Part shown: positions 48,846 to 61,689 of the stretch, piece after piece
Position numbering within the stretch: the first letter of the stretch is position 1
Layout of the letters: each line of letters starts with the position of its first letter
Assembly: GCF_963921235.1 (NCBI RefSeq)
Contig: NC_086109.1
Coordinates: 25,298,001-25,362,000 of the forward strand
Length of the DNA: 64,000 bases
Source of the DNA: Mobula hypostoma
Lineage: Eukaryota
Reading direction: 5' to 3'
The notes under the pieces: generated by a model
What the model was told of the DNA's origin: nothing
Databases searched by the model: none
Seen by the model: the letters and a program-made list of their open reading frames with translations, nothing else
Program-made: the position numbers and the translations under genes

Positions 48846-50641
48846 GAGCTAGGTACAGGGTGGCTCCAGGACCAGACAGCAAGATAAGGCAAAGCTACTG
48901 GCAAAGCAAGGCAAGACGAGAACTTCAGGCGAGGCGAGAGTTACCGGCAAGACAAGGCAAGGCTTCAGGCAAGGAAACAGAAGGCAGAGGAAGGGATACA
49001 AGGAGTAAGGGCAAGAACAATCCAGCGGCCACGCCCTGGTCTCTGGAGGTATTTATGCAGCCAGCCCCAACAAGCATCAGCTGCCTCAATTAGAGCTTAA
49101 CAAGACAGAAACAGGGTAGATAGGAAAACCTGGAGCAAGGGTCGATGGACCGGACCGTGGACCGGAATATGGACTTCATGGACCAGACTATGACACAAAC
49201 AAGATCCAGAGTGCAGAAAAGCCTACAAATGCTGGAATCTGGTGCATCAAACAAGATGCTAAAGAAACTCAGTGGGTCAGACAGTATCTTGGGGGAAATA
49301 GACAGACAACATTTCAGGTCAATATCCTTCATCTGAATCCCACTATGTTTACCTAATGAAAGATCTTGACCTGAAACGTCAGCTGTCCACTTCCCTCCAC
49401 AGACATTGTCTGACCCACTGAATTCCTCCAGCATCTTGTTTGCGTGCCAGATTTCAATACCTACGGGCTCGTGTCTCCACTTGCTACATTAACCCTTTCA
49501 GTACTATTGGTTATTATATCGATTTTCTCTGAATCGTCATTAGTGCTCTAAATAGTAACTGTTTTTTCTGCACTAACCCTTTGTATTCTGCCTGTACACT
49601 TCCACTGCACTGCACAAGATTCTGGTATTAGGCACCACAGTATTGCCATTAATACTTCATTAACAGTGGCATCTGTGTTTTGCATAGGTGGTCTCAGTGC
49701 TAGCAGTATTTCTGCTGAATCCAATAAGATTCCATTTATGGAAAAACTTCAGTTTTTTGCCTTGGATAGGCTAAAAAGTTTTAAAAGTGGGGAAGCTGAT
49801 GACATGGTGGGGCATGATCTTGAGAGCAAGGACAGCTATGGACGCGGTGGAGCAAGCGACGAAAACTAATGCAGTGGAGGAGGTCATTTAAGGAGTCTGC
49901 ACTGTGCCAACTTTTGAACAAAGCTATCGAAAAATAATCTCATTATTTTGCTGCTCCCAAGAGCTCCAGGCCTACTTCCACTTATTTTCAGTCATATGCA
50001 TTCGGTCTTTAAAATTCAGTCAACCTGTGACAGATCCACATAGTCATGTTCTCTTTTCATGAACCCTGCTGCGTAAATACCCTGACCAATATTAAGTATC
50101 ATTGTTGCGATGCGATTTGGCAATATCAGAACCCAAGTGCAGAGGAAAGCCACTCCAATGTAGAGACGATGATGAGAGTTTATTCACAATAATTCCAACA
50201 GAACATCAGTGGCTCGGTGGAGTGATGCTGCGAGATGTAACATTCTCAAAGCTCAGACCCTGCCATTAGCGCTAATCAGGTGTCTGCTTGAATAATACAA
50301 ATAACGCAGAATCCCAGAGCCTAAGTAACTTAACAAGCTCACCAGAGACCGCAGTACAAAGAGCAAGTCACTCAAGAAAAAAACACAAAGAACTCTAAAC
50401 GATTAACAACTCTTATTAAAGAACAATTAACCAATTCAGATGCTCTGAAAACCCCAGAGCACTATGCTCTCTAGCACCCCACTGGCCTGAAGAACTCATT
50501 ACATTAACTTACCATCATATCCTACACTTGCAGACAGAAGAAATGGTTCAATTGTAAAACTCTCATCTCCCAGTGACCTCAGCATATCTCCATCATTGTA
50601 ATCTCACTCAGCTCTACAAACTTCAACTGCATTCCTCCTGC

Positions 50642-53600
50642 TGTGCATTTAATATTTCAGTAATATTTAAGTAATAAAGTTCAAAGTACATTTATTATCA
50701 AAGTACATATACATTTATACAATCTTGAGATTTGTTTCCTTACAGGCAGCTGCAAAGCAATAAACCAAAAGGAACCCACTAAAAAAAGGCCAACAAACAC
50801 CGAACGCAGAAAGAGAAAAAAAAAACAAGCAGACAGCATTCAGAATGCAAGAGAGTCTGCAGACACGAAGCCCAGAGCAGCCAGAGAAGGCCCTCAGCTT
50901 CAGCCTTAGTTCATCACACAGCAGAGCAAACCATTGTGGAACATGCAGACATGAAGCCTGGAGCATATCCATAGCCTCAGCCTCAGTTCAGCACAGTTAA
51001 CGTTGCGGAGCAGTGAACAGAACCGGCCTAACCCGTTCCTCCAGACCCGACACTCTGCCTTTTCTATCCATCCAGTCCACTGTTTAAATCGTCCAAACAT
51101 TGGGTTGTTGCTCGCTCTAGGACCCAGGCCCCTGTCCCATTGATACATCTGTGGCCTGGACCCCATCCCCATGTTACAGCCCGTACATGACCTCTCCAAA
51201 TCGGCCTGGTGCTTAGATTGATCAGTCCTCTCTCTCGGTTTAGGTGGATGGACTCCAAAACTCCTCTGCTATGCATGCTTCAACTCCATCTCGAACATGT
51301 CTTGACTTCACCCTGACTACTTCTCCTCGAACATGCCTCTGACTTTGCATCACATCCACACACCTCGACATTCAATTCAGCCTTGCCTTCACTCACCCCT
51401 TCATTGTTTACAGTGATCTTTACCATAATTGTTTTACAGAAAAAGTGTTATTAATAAAATATTTAGTTGTATCTCTTGCTTTAGGAACCACCAGTATGTT
51501 GTCACTCAACCTCGGTAGCACCATCTTAAACCGGTAATATTGTAAATATATTGTTTGATTAAGTGTTCTTGTTCATTTATATACTTCAATACAGGTTATA
51601 TTTAAAAGCATGTGAATGGCATACGTCATCACATTACCGGGTCATACATTCACACCTCACTTAAAGTAAAGAACAAACCAATACTCACATCTCTTGGGCT
51701 CCTGTCCTTTGCTTTCAACTATTTAATGTTTTAGAGCTACAAGACATAATAGTGGAAACAAGGTATTCTTAAAATGAACCTGAGGTGACTGCCTAACTGT
51801 TGAGGTGGAGAACAATGAGATGTCCAAGTTTTTAAAAAAGCGCAGCGGGAAACAGTCGAGTTAAAAAAAAATGCAGCACATTTCTTTCTGAGCAGTATGT
51901 TTTCTTTGCAAAAGGAAAGATGACTGAGTAAGACAAAGGCAGAAACAGAAGAATTCACAGCCTCATAAACAATGAGTACCAAGTGATTATAATCATTAGA
52001 AAAAGAAAAGAAATGGCTGGCTGCATCGGAAAATTGATGTGCTTGATTACACAAAAAATAACTGGCTGCTGTATATGGAATGGATTGAGCAGTATGTTAG
52101 AGTAAATGGAATAACCAATGAGAAACAAAGACTAGTTTTGCTGATGAGAAAATCTGCAGATGCTGGAAATCCATGCAACACACGTAAAATGCTGAAGGAA
52201 CTCAGTCGGCTAGGCGGCATCTATGGAAAAGAGTAAACAGTTGACATTTCAGGTTGAGACCGCTCATCAGGACTGGAGAAAAAGATGAGAAGTCAAAGCA
52301 AGAAGGTGTGGGGAAGGGAGGAAGAAGTACAAGGAAGTAGGTGAGAGGTGAAACTGGGAGGGGGAGAGGTGAAGTAAAGAGCTGGGAAGCTGATTGGTGA
52401 AAGAGATAAAGGGCTGGAGAAGGGGGAATCTGATAGGAGAGGATATAAGACCATGAAGGGAAGGGAAGGGGGAGGAGCACCAGAGAGAGGTGATGTGCAG
52501 GTAAGGAGATAAGGTGAGAGAGGGAAATGGGAATGGAGGGTGGGCAACCACCGGAAGTTCAAGAAATCGACGTTCATGCCATCAGGTTAAAGGCTACCCA
52601 GATGGAATATAAAGTGTTGCTCATCGTGGCAGTACAGAAGGCCATGGACTGACATGTTGGAATGAGAATGGGAAGTAGGATTGAAAAGGGTGGCCATCAG
52701 AAGATCCCACTTTTTCTGGTGTACAGAGCATAGGTGTATAGCGAAATGGTCTCCCAATCTACGTTGGGTCTCACTGATATACAGGAGGCTACACCGGGAG
52801 TAGGTTATCCCAACAGACTCACAGGTGAAGTGTTACCTCACCTGGAAGGACTGTTTGGGGCCCTGAGTGGTAGTGAAGGTGGAGGTGTGGCACTTGTTCC
52901 GCTTGCAAGGATAAGTATCAGGAGGGAGTTTGGTGGGAAGTGATGGATATACAAGGGAGTCATGTAGGGAGTGATCCCTGTGGAAAGCACAAAGTGGGGG
53001 AGTTTTGCTGAGTGCATTGGAATTAAAGGGGTACAGTTTTCTTTGAAGTTTAAGTGGTTCGATCAAACCAGTCGAAATGAGCTTTGCTGATGTTGTGAAA
53101 GTAATGCAGGAACATTTAACTGAAACCACTCTTGATTGCAGAATGCTTTAGGTTTCATAAGCAGAATCAGAATGACAGGGAGTCCATTTCAGGTCATGTG
53201 GCTGAACTGAAGAGATTGTCTGAGCCTGGTCAATGCAATAATGGGCTTGATACTTTGAAAGATTGTTTAGATTGTGGAATCTTACAAGAAACCATTCAAA
53301 AACCAGCTCCTAATTGTAGCACAACTTACATTTAAAAGAGCAGTTGAAATACTTGTATCAATGGTAACAACGGATTGAGTTGCAGTCTGGAATGAAAGTA
53401 AGTGTGAACAAAATTGCAGTTTCTTCAGAGGCCTACCTGGCTGAACAAATTGTTTTATCCTTATACAGGGGCTCACAGACATCAGACAAATGCAGATTTA
53501 AAGGTGAAACTTACAGAAAACACAACAAAGTGGGACACATACTAAGAGCTTGTCTGGCAGACAAAAATAAATAGACTGCACAGAGTAGAGAAAAAGATAA

Positions 53601-54100
53601 AAAGTCAAGTTGCAGTTTCAAATAGAGAACTAACTTGTATGCTGTTGCTGAAAAATCTGATAATGATCAGAATGTCACAGGATGTGTGGCATTGAGATTT
53701 ACAATGTGAAAACTATGTGAAGACAATTCCTATGGCTTACACCAGAAGTGAACTGCAAATTAATTAATATAGAATTGAACACTGGCTCAGCTGTTTCAGT
53801 CAGTCTACAAAATGAGTTTGAATGGCATTTCAAAGATACTAAACTGAAGTCTACAGATATCCAACTGAGAACTTATACTGGAGAAAAAATAACTCCTGTA
53901 AAAATGACATTCATAACAGTGAAATACAACCACCAACAAGCCACATTGGGCTTGTATATTGTAAAAGCAGCAGGACCATCATTGTGGGAGTGTGTTTGGC
54001 TGAGACAACTACAACTTGATCCATTCACCATTTGTATGCCACATTCCCTGCAATAGAATCAGTTGGATGTGAATTAAGGAAGGTACTGAATAATGCCACA
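50642..54100 (+). mobile_element. Decayed Gypsy/Ty3 retrotransposon 5' part (LTR remnant, gag, zinc knuckle, aspartic protease) with two nested insertions
   Basis: gag-like WLLYMEWIEQY (52060) and IAECFRFHKQNQ...AELKRLSE (53132); degenerate knuckle near 53490-53555; protease ELNTGSAVSV (53770, DTG>NTG). The LTR start at ~50642 is interrupted at GTAATA by an insert (~50677-51533). Confidence 0.75.
52145..53000 (-). mobile_element. Penelope-like element nested in Gypsy gag
   Basis: TSD AGTTTTGCTGA (52134-52144 / 53001-53011); pLTR with hammerhead-like motif at 52238-52275; degenerate GIY-YIG-region sequence. Confidence 0.8.
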
Positions 54101-54151
54101 TCTGTCTCCATGCTGCACGTCATGAACCGTTACCCAGCAGAGGGCAAACAG

Positions 54152-54550
54152 GTGTTGGGCACTTCTGTGTCTCTGGTTGGAAAGCATATTGGACTAAGGA
54201 TGGACCACGCTGCTCAGAGGAAGTGTAAAAGTGATGAAAGCAGTTGTCCGACTACCATAGTTTTTGTTAGTAACTTGTCTGAAAAAGCCTCTCGTATGTT
54301 AATCAGGCAGCTAATTGCAAAACGATGCTTGGTTTTAAGCTGGAAGAGAGCTCGAGGAGTTTCAAGGAAGTTGCAAGCATTTGGCTTTTGTAAGCATAAA
54401 GAACTAAAATTTACTCTGCATGCATTAAGGTTATTGCATGAACTCCAAGTGGGAGACAAAAAGCAGCTTGTAAAAGTAGATGCAAAGACCAAAGCCCAGC
54501 TAATTGAATGGAAGGCCAAAAAAGAAAGCGGTCAATGGAGATACAAAAAC
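54152..54550 (+). pseudogene. RBM25: Processed (intronless) fragment of RNA-binding motif protein 25, RRM region
   Basis: Translation VSLVGKHIG...PTTIVFVSNLSEKASRMLIRQLIAKRCLVLSWKRARGVSRKLQAFGFC...LHELQVGDKKQLVKVDAKTKAQLIEWKAKK matches the RBM25 RRM with many degenerate substitutions. A +1 A-run frameshift near 54520 precedes KAVNGDTK. Confidence 0.9.
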
Positions 54551-57349
54551 AAAAGGGTTTGTCAGCTGATGTTGTGGATGAGATTAGCTGCCCACTGACA
54601 CCCAAATTTCTATCATGCTGCTGGTGTCTTCCACAGTGAAGACTCATGTAAAATACTTATTCTGTTCATCTGCCATTTCTTTGTACACAATTGATACCTC
54701 TCCAGCGTTATTCTTCAGTGGACCAATGTCCATTCTGTTCTTGTTACTTGTTTACTTGTTTGTAGCATTTGACTCCACGAGTTCATGCCAGTTTCAAACA
54801 AAATCCCATCAGTGCTTAATCCCGTTATTTCCCTGTAACTAGCAACTTATTCTCCCTAACATGCTGCTGTATTGTTGCTTGTTGTGTTCTGTTCTGTGTT
54901 TTACAGAGCATTGTGAATTTTGTATGTTGGCGCCAAAATGTATGACAACTTGCGGGCTGCCCCCACTGCAGACTTAAGTTATGTTGGTTGTTAATACAAG
55001 CAACATATTTCACTATATGTTTCAATGTATATATGATAAATAAATCTGAATATGAATATTAATCTACTTACCATTAATTCTTGTGTCAATTAACCTGCTT
55101 ACACCTTCGGGTTGTCGCAGGTAACCAGAGCACCCCTGGGGAAACTCACTTTGTTTTAGATGGAAGGGGTATTATATCTAAAATACGCTTCTCTTGTAGA
55201 ATCAGTAATCTCTCATATATGCAACCAACTGATTCTTATTAAAATAAATATGAATGATCATTCTTTAATATTTGGTGACCATGTGAGAGAATTTGAAATA
55301 TTATAGCTATATTGTAAGTTTACAGTTTATTTCCTTCAACAATTTTTAAAACGGAAAGTTCACAATCTTTTGAAACTTTTATTAAATTTATTCAGTTTAC
55401 ATTAGTACTGTGAGTTGATGATCCATTTCCATTCAAAGCTGATTTCCACTTCTTTTGCAATGGATTAGATAGAATACACTGAAATGCAGAGTAATATTTG
55501 TCATTGTCTCCCACTTTCTGTATCAGCTGCTGCTTTGAGGTTCTCCAGTTTTGACATCCAGATATTAATATTCTGCCCAACACCTCAGCACATCTCATCT
55601 GTGCAATCGCTCAGCTCCCCAAGACAAAAGAGCTGCAAAGCATCAAGAGCAAGAGGATATCTGCCTGCTTTTAAACAGTTCATTGTCATGCAAAGCACAG
55701 GGCTCACAGTGACAACCATCTGAACTACTGGGGAGATTTCAGGGTTTACTTGTTCATGATAGATCCCCGTCCTTCTTCTGTAACAATCCTTTAGGCCAAA
55801 AGATGACTTATTTCCATTCCAGTTGCCTGGGTCCTGAAATGTTGATGAGGTCAATATGGGCTCCATGGACTCTGCCTCAATTGAGGAAAGTACTTGACCC
55901 AGTAGTTAGATGGGTATTTATAGAGGTGGAATGTCCCTTCCACTATCATTGTCATTCTTCCATACGCTCCAACCAAGGGATTCAATCTTCCCAACCACAT
56001 CCCAAACGCTTCTTTTCATTTCTGAGTAGTCATTGCCCAATTATTCCTCCCGGTCTTCGGGGTATGTTTGAACTTTTAAAAGAAGTCAGTGAAGGCATCT
56101 CGGTGTCCAGCTAGGAATCTCTTAACAAGACAAAGCTTGGACTGGAGTGGCTATTTCAGAAGTCTAGTATTGGACATACAAATGACATAATCTGCCCTCC
56201 AAAGAGAGTTGATTTAAATTAGATCCTCAGTGAGGCTGGCCTGGGAGAGAATATTGAAATCAGTTCACTTATACTGTCAATGACTTGGGAGGATTTTGTG
56301 GAAACAGCATTGGTAGCGTACCTCAAGTGATTTCAGCTATCTGCTGCCATTGTACCATGCTTATTTTCTTGACCATCAAACATAATCTGTCAGACAGCCA
56401 CAGGCTATGCTAGTATATTGATCATGATGTTGAATTTTACCACTGATGTCTGCCTTTGCTAATACGTAGTTCTTATGATGTGGAACGTGGTCCATGTTTT
56501 CTAGGGCTTTGGGAGACCTTTATTCTCAGAAGATCTTGTTATGCAGTGGAGGAGCACACTACGTTTATTTTGTAGACGGTAAGTGTAATGCCTACTTTTT
56601 CCTAAGTTTCAGTGAGCAAGTTGCTGATGAACTGGTGTTCAGCCTCTGAAAATGAACGTATTTCAACATCATCTACTGCTGGGCAATGATGAAGGCTGAG
56701 TGAACTTGGATTGACAACTGCCTCTAATGTTCATTAACTTGATCACTAAACAGCAGGACTACAAATCCTGCTGCAAGGAAATAACGTCATCAAGGAGCAG
56801 CGCCTTAGGAAGGCGTCGTCCATCATTAAGGATGGACCAGTCAGGCCATGCCCTCTTCACATTGTTACCGTCAGGAAGGAGGTACAGAAGCCTGAAGGCA
56901 CACACTCAGCGATTCAGGACACCTTCTTCCCCTCTGCCAGCCGATTTCTAAATGGACTTGACCCCATGAACACTACCTCGCTACTTCTTTACTTCTGTTG
57001 TTTTCCTCCACTTATTTTAACTTAACTACTTTATAGACATATATTGTCTATACATAATGTAACTCAGTTTTTTCTCTATATTTGTTTATCATGTATTTCA
57101 TTGTACTGCTGCCATAAAGTTAATAAATTTCACAACATATGCTGGTGTTGTTAAACCTAATTCTGATTCTAAATATTAATACTCACAAGGATATCAAGCA
57201 GTAGTAAATCAAGGCAAAAACAAGTCCAGTTGCCTTGATTTACTGCTGCTTGATAAATAATGACCTGGGTGACTGAGAACTTTCCTAGACCCTTACAAGG
57301 ATAACACTAAGAAAGTTGTTCTCACCAGCAAATTAAACAGCAAAAAAGG

Positions 57350-58170
57350 AACAATAGACAATAGACAGTAGGTGCAGGAGTAGGCCATTTGGCCCTTCGA
57401 GCCAGCAACGCCATTCACTGTGATCATGGCTGATCATCCACAATCAGTACCCTTTTCCTGCCTTTTCCCCATATCCCTTGACTCCACTATCTTTAAGAGC
57501 TCTATCTAACTCTTTCTTGAAAGAATCCAGAGAATTGGCCTCCACTGCCTTCTGAGGCAGAGCATTCCACAGATCCACAACCCTCTGTGTGAAAAAGTTT
57601 TTCCTCAACTCCGTTCTAAATGGTCTACCCATTATTCTTAAACTGTGGCCTCTGTCTGGACTCCCCCAATATTGGGAACATGTTTTCCTGCCTCTAGAGT
57701 GTCCAATCCCCTAATAATCTTATACGTTTCAATCAGATCCCCTCTCATCCTTCTAAATTCCAGTGTATACAAGCCCAGTTGCTCCAGGCTTTCAAAATAA
57801 TGACATTCCCGCCATCCCTGGAATTAACCCAGTGAACCTACGCTGCACTCCCTCCATAGCAAGAATGTCCATCCTCAAATCTGGAGACCAAAACTGCACA
57901 CAATACTCCAGATGTGGTCTCACCAGGGCCTTGTACAACTGCAGAAGGACATCTTTCCTCCTATACTCAACTTCCCTTGTTATGAAGGCCAACATGCCAT
58001 TAGCTGTCTTCACTGCCTGCTGTACCTGTATGCCTACTTTCAGTGACGGATGAACAAGGACACCCAGATCTTGTTGTACTTCTCCTTTTCCCAACTAGAC
58101 ACCATTCAGATAGTAATCTGCCTTCCTGTTCTTGCCACCAAAGTGGATAACCTCACATTTATCCACATTA
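57350..58170 (-). mobile_element. CR1 LINE 3' fragment
   Basis: LVRPHLEYCVQFWSP ORF; tail ACAATAGACAATAGACA on the + strand. Confidence 0.9.
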
Positions 58171-61100
58171 AACAGATGCGGAAATCTGACTGCAGACAGG
58201 CAATTTTAACTGCTTCTCTTTCCACAAATACAGACTGACTTGCTGAGACTTTGCAGCATATTTCTATTTTTATTTCTGTCTTTGACAGACATCTGATGAC
58301 ACCCTTCAGAACTGCAGAGTGTCTACCTTGTCTGTACTTCCCTGATATCCACCATTATCTGGGGTGGCATGGGAGCATAGTAGTTAGCGTAATGCTATTA
58401 CAGCACCAGCAACCCGAGTCCAATTCTGCTGCTGTCTCTACGGAGTTTATGTGTGCTCCCCATGACTGCTTGGGTTTCCTCTGGGTGACCGGTTTCCTCT
58501 CACCTTCCAAAGGCAGACAGGTTGGTGGGTTAATTGGTCACATGGGTTTAAACGGGTGGCAGGGGCTCGTTGGGCTGGAAGGGCCTGTTAAGGTGCTGTA
58601 CCACTAAATAAAAATGTTAAAAATTAATTAGCACATGTATTTAGCATCTCTACCAGAAAGCACCAAAACTGGATTGAAAAGCCTGACCCAGAGATTGCCA
58701 AGTAAATTAACCTCAATTACCATGTGTTTTTTTAAACTGGAAACTCTAGCATGCTTTATGGGGAGAAAAGAGAATCCCATAGGCACAGAAAGCTGAGGTC
58801 TAACACAAAATCAATGGCTTAAAAAGAACCCTGTTGAAAGGAATTTAAAAAGACTCATCAGCTAAAAACAAGAGCTTCTGACCAGATTATACACCTGCTG
58901 ACATTCTTAAGCCAGTGGAGAGGAACATCGATATAAATTCACAACTTCATCTCCCACAAATGGGAAGATGGGCCCATGTCAATTGACCTATTCAGATATC
59001 ATTGAAACCTATCGAATATTGAAAGGCCTAGATAAAATGGAGATGGAGAAGATGAGTGGGAGTAGGGGTGGTGGGGGAGTGCAGGAGCAGAGGAGGAGTG
59101 TAGGACCAGAGAGCCTCAGAATACAAAGATGTCCCTTTAGAACAGAGACAAGGAGATATTTCTTTAGCCAGAGGGTGGTGAAACTGGAATTTATTGCCAA
59201 CTATGGTACTGGAGGCCAAGACGTGAAAGCACAGACGAACATCTGGAGAAATTTCTGGAACACCAGTTCGCTGCTGTCGTTACTGTACGGTCGGGAATCT
59301 TTCAGAGGGAGGGCCTCAAAATCCCCGGCTTTGCCTGCTGTTGGCGACCGAGATTGAGGTCGAATCGTTCAGACAGAGATGGCGCTCAGTACTCGGTGTC
59401 GGAGAGCTGATCGGAGGCTCGAAGTTTTCGGATGACTCAGATTCGGACTGTGGTCGGGCATGGCAGGGAGAGTTTTTCTTCCTTCTCCTGTCTGTGTGAG
59501 ATGTGGGACATTTGAGAGACTTTGAACATTTTTACTGTGCTCATGGACTTCTTCATCAAGTTATGGTATTGTTGCACTGTTGTAACTATATGTTATAATT
59601 ACGTGGTTTTATTAGTTTTTTCAGTCTTGGTCTGTCCTGTGTTTTGTGATATCACACCGGAGGAAATATTGTATCATTTCTTAATGTATGAATTACTAAA
59701 TGACAATCAAGGAGGACTGCATGTCTTCATAATCTAAAGTTATTTTGGTATATTTAAAGCAAAGATTGATAGATTCTTGTTTAGTAAGGGCTTCAACACT
59801 TACAGGGAAAAGGCAGAAGAATGGGGGTGAGATAGATAATAAATATGCTATGATGGAATGGCAGAGCAGATACGATGGACCAAAGGACTTAATACTGCTC
59901 CTATGTCTTACAGTCTTATAGTCTTATTGACCTTAGAGAAACCATGATTGTGACTATCTTTAAGAAAGGAGACAAATCCATCTGTAGCAACTAAGAAGAG
60001 TTTCTTTGCTGTCTGTCACAGGGGATTTCCTCACTACCATCTCCCAGTGGCCAAACACTTGCTCCATCTAAAGGTACAGTTGCCATAATCTTCCCTGCAT
60101 TTCAATTCCAAGAGAAATAGAGAACAACATCAATGACTATCCATGGCCTTTCTTCATCCCAACAATAGGTTTTGATTCTGTTAATGAAGATTGCAAGAAG
60201 AATTCATCTTTCTGGACCACTTGCAATTGATGATTTGGCCCGATGAATCCGCAGCACAGTTCAAAGTAAAGTCAAACGAGGCTGCGTCATTGCCCCAAAA
60301 GTTCTCCCAATCATTCTTGCTGCAAAAATGCACTGCAACCCCAGCAAGCATCACACTTGAGTGGAGCTAATCCACAGGACAAATGGGAAACAGTTCGTAA
60401 AGAGGAAGCAGTAAACGATAGCAACTGTAGATCTAAATGTCAATTCACCAGGATGTTCTCTGAAACTGAACCACAGCACCCTTTCAAACTTGAGGTGAGT
60501 TGCGAGTCCCTGCTGGAATTTTGGAGATGGAGGTAAGATGGTAGCAATGAGTCTCAGTTTAGAAGTATCAACGCAGGACAAAATCATTCAACCCTTCAGA
60601 ACTGTTCTGCCAGCCAATTAGATCATACTTGATCTATTTCTTAACCCCATTGATTTATGTTGGTGCTAAAATCCTTCCAACAAACCAACAATTTCAGTTT
60701 TGATATTTTCAACTGACTCCTCCCTTCCGCCTCTCCCATTGACGTCCCACCTCAACTCCTCCCATTTTCTCTGCCCCACCAAACCCTGGAGGGCTCCAAT
60801 TTCACATTTCTTGAGTGAAGTGCTTCCTGACATTACCTTCTTCAAGATACTCACAATGGAGGAAATAATTTTTATTTACCTAGCCAATGAAATCTTTTGT
60901 TCTTTTGAGTTACGCAGGGGCAAGTATGGATCAGCAGCAAACCACATCATGGGATTGTGAGCTCAGCTCTGCTCCTCCAAACCTTCTATTTGCCATTGCC
61001 CACTGGGACACTCCTCCGGCCATAATATCTGAGCAAGAGGGGGTTTCGGATCACTGACATACACCAGCACTGGCATCAACTCCAAGAAGAAAGCATTGAT

Positions 61101-61689
61101 AGTACCTACTTGAACGTGATTACCATGGCTGACACTGCCTTTAGTAAAGACTGAAGGAATTATTGATACAGCTTGTTTGTTAGTCGTTGTCTGTTTATCT
61201 ATAGTTTTTTTTGTAGAATTTTATTTTTTCCTGCAAATGCTTGCAAGAAAATGATTTTCAGGGTAGTATATGGTAACATACATGTATTTTCATAATAAAT
61301 TTATTTGAACTCTGAACTTTGGGATAAGGTCACCCCTTGCATAATCACCTCCATAATGAACATTACCAGTTCTAACAGAAACTTAATTACTGGTATCACC
61401 ACTGGAACTAACAAAATTTTTTACACCAATACAGTAGCACCATCCCATCACCACTATTACCAACATTGGTATCAATTCAACAGCACCCTAACACGGTCGG
61501 TAACAAAGGCAGCAACACTGACACCATTGCTGTGAACTTTGCTGAAGTGTGCCACCAACTCTTCCAAAGGAAAGGAGTGCGGACCTTCATTAACAGAAGC
61601 CAGGAACCCTACAATTGTTTGAGGCTAACAAGAGCCCCTGAAAGTTCTCCCATGTTAATACGGTCCTGCTTTATACCCATTTTGAGAAT

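Larger units (their letters stand above)
46792..49195 (-). mobile_element. Solo LTR (Gypsy-like) containing an expanded minisatellite
   Basis: Inverted termini TGTCATA...TATGACA; exact 5-bp TSD CAAAC (46787-46791 / 49196-49200); TATA-like GCATAAATAC on the - strand near 49050. Confidence 0.8.

Noticed and set aside
50103..50420. Second - strand LTR (TGTTGCG...AACCCAAGTGCAG...TTTATT)
   Set aside because: Only one end is recognisable and no matching terminus or TSD was found, so it is not listed as a feature.
54152..54550. Functional neighbouring RBM gene (e.g. the syntenic RBM15)
   Set aside because: The sequence is RBM25-like, fragmentary, frameshifted and embedded in TE debris.
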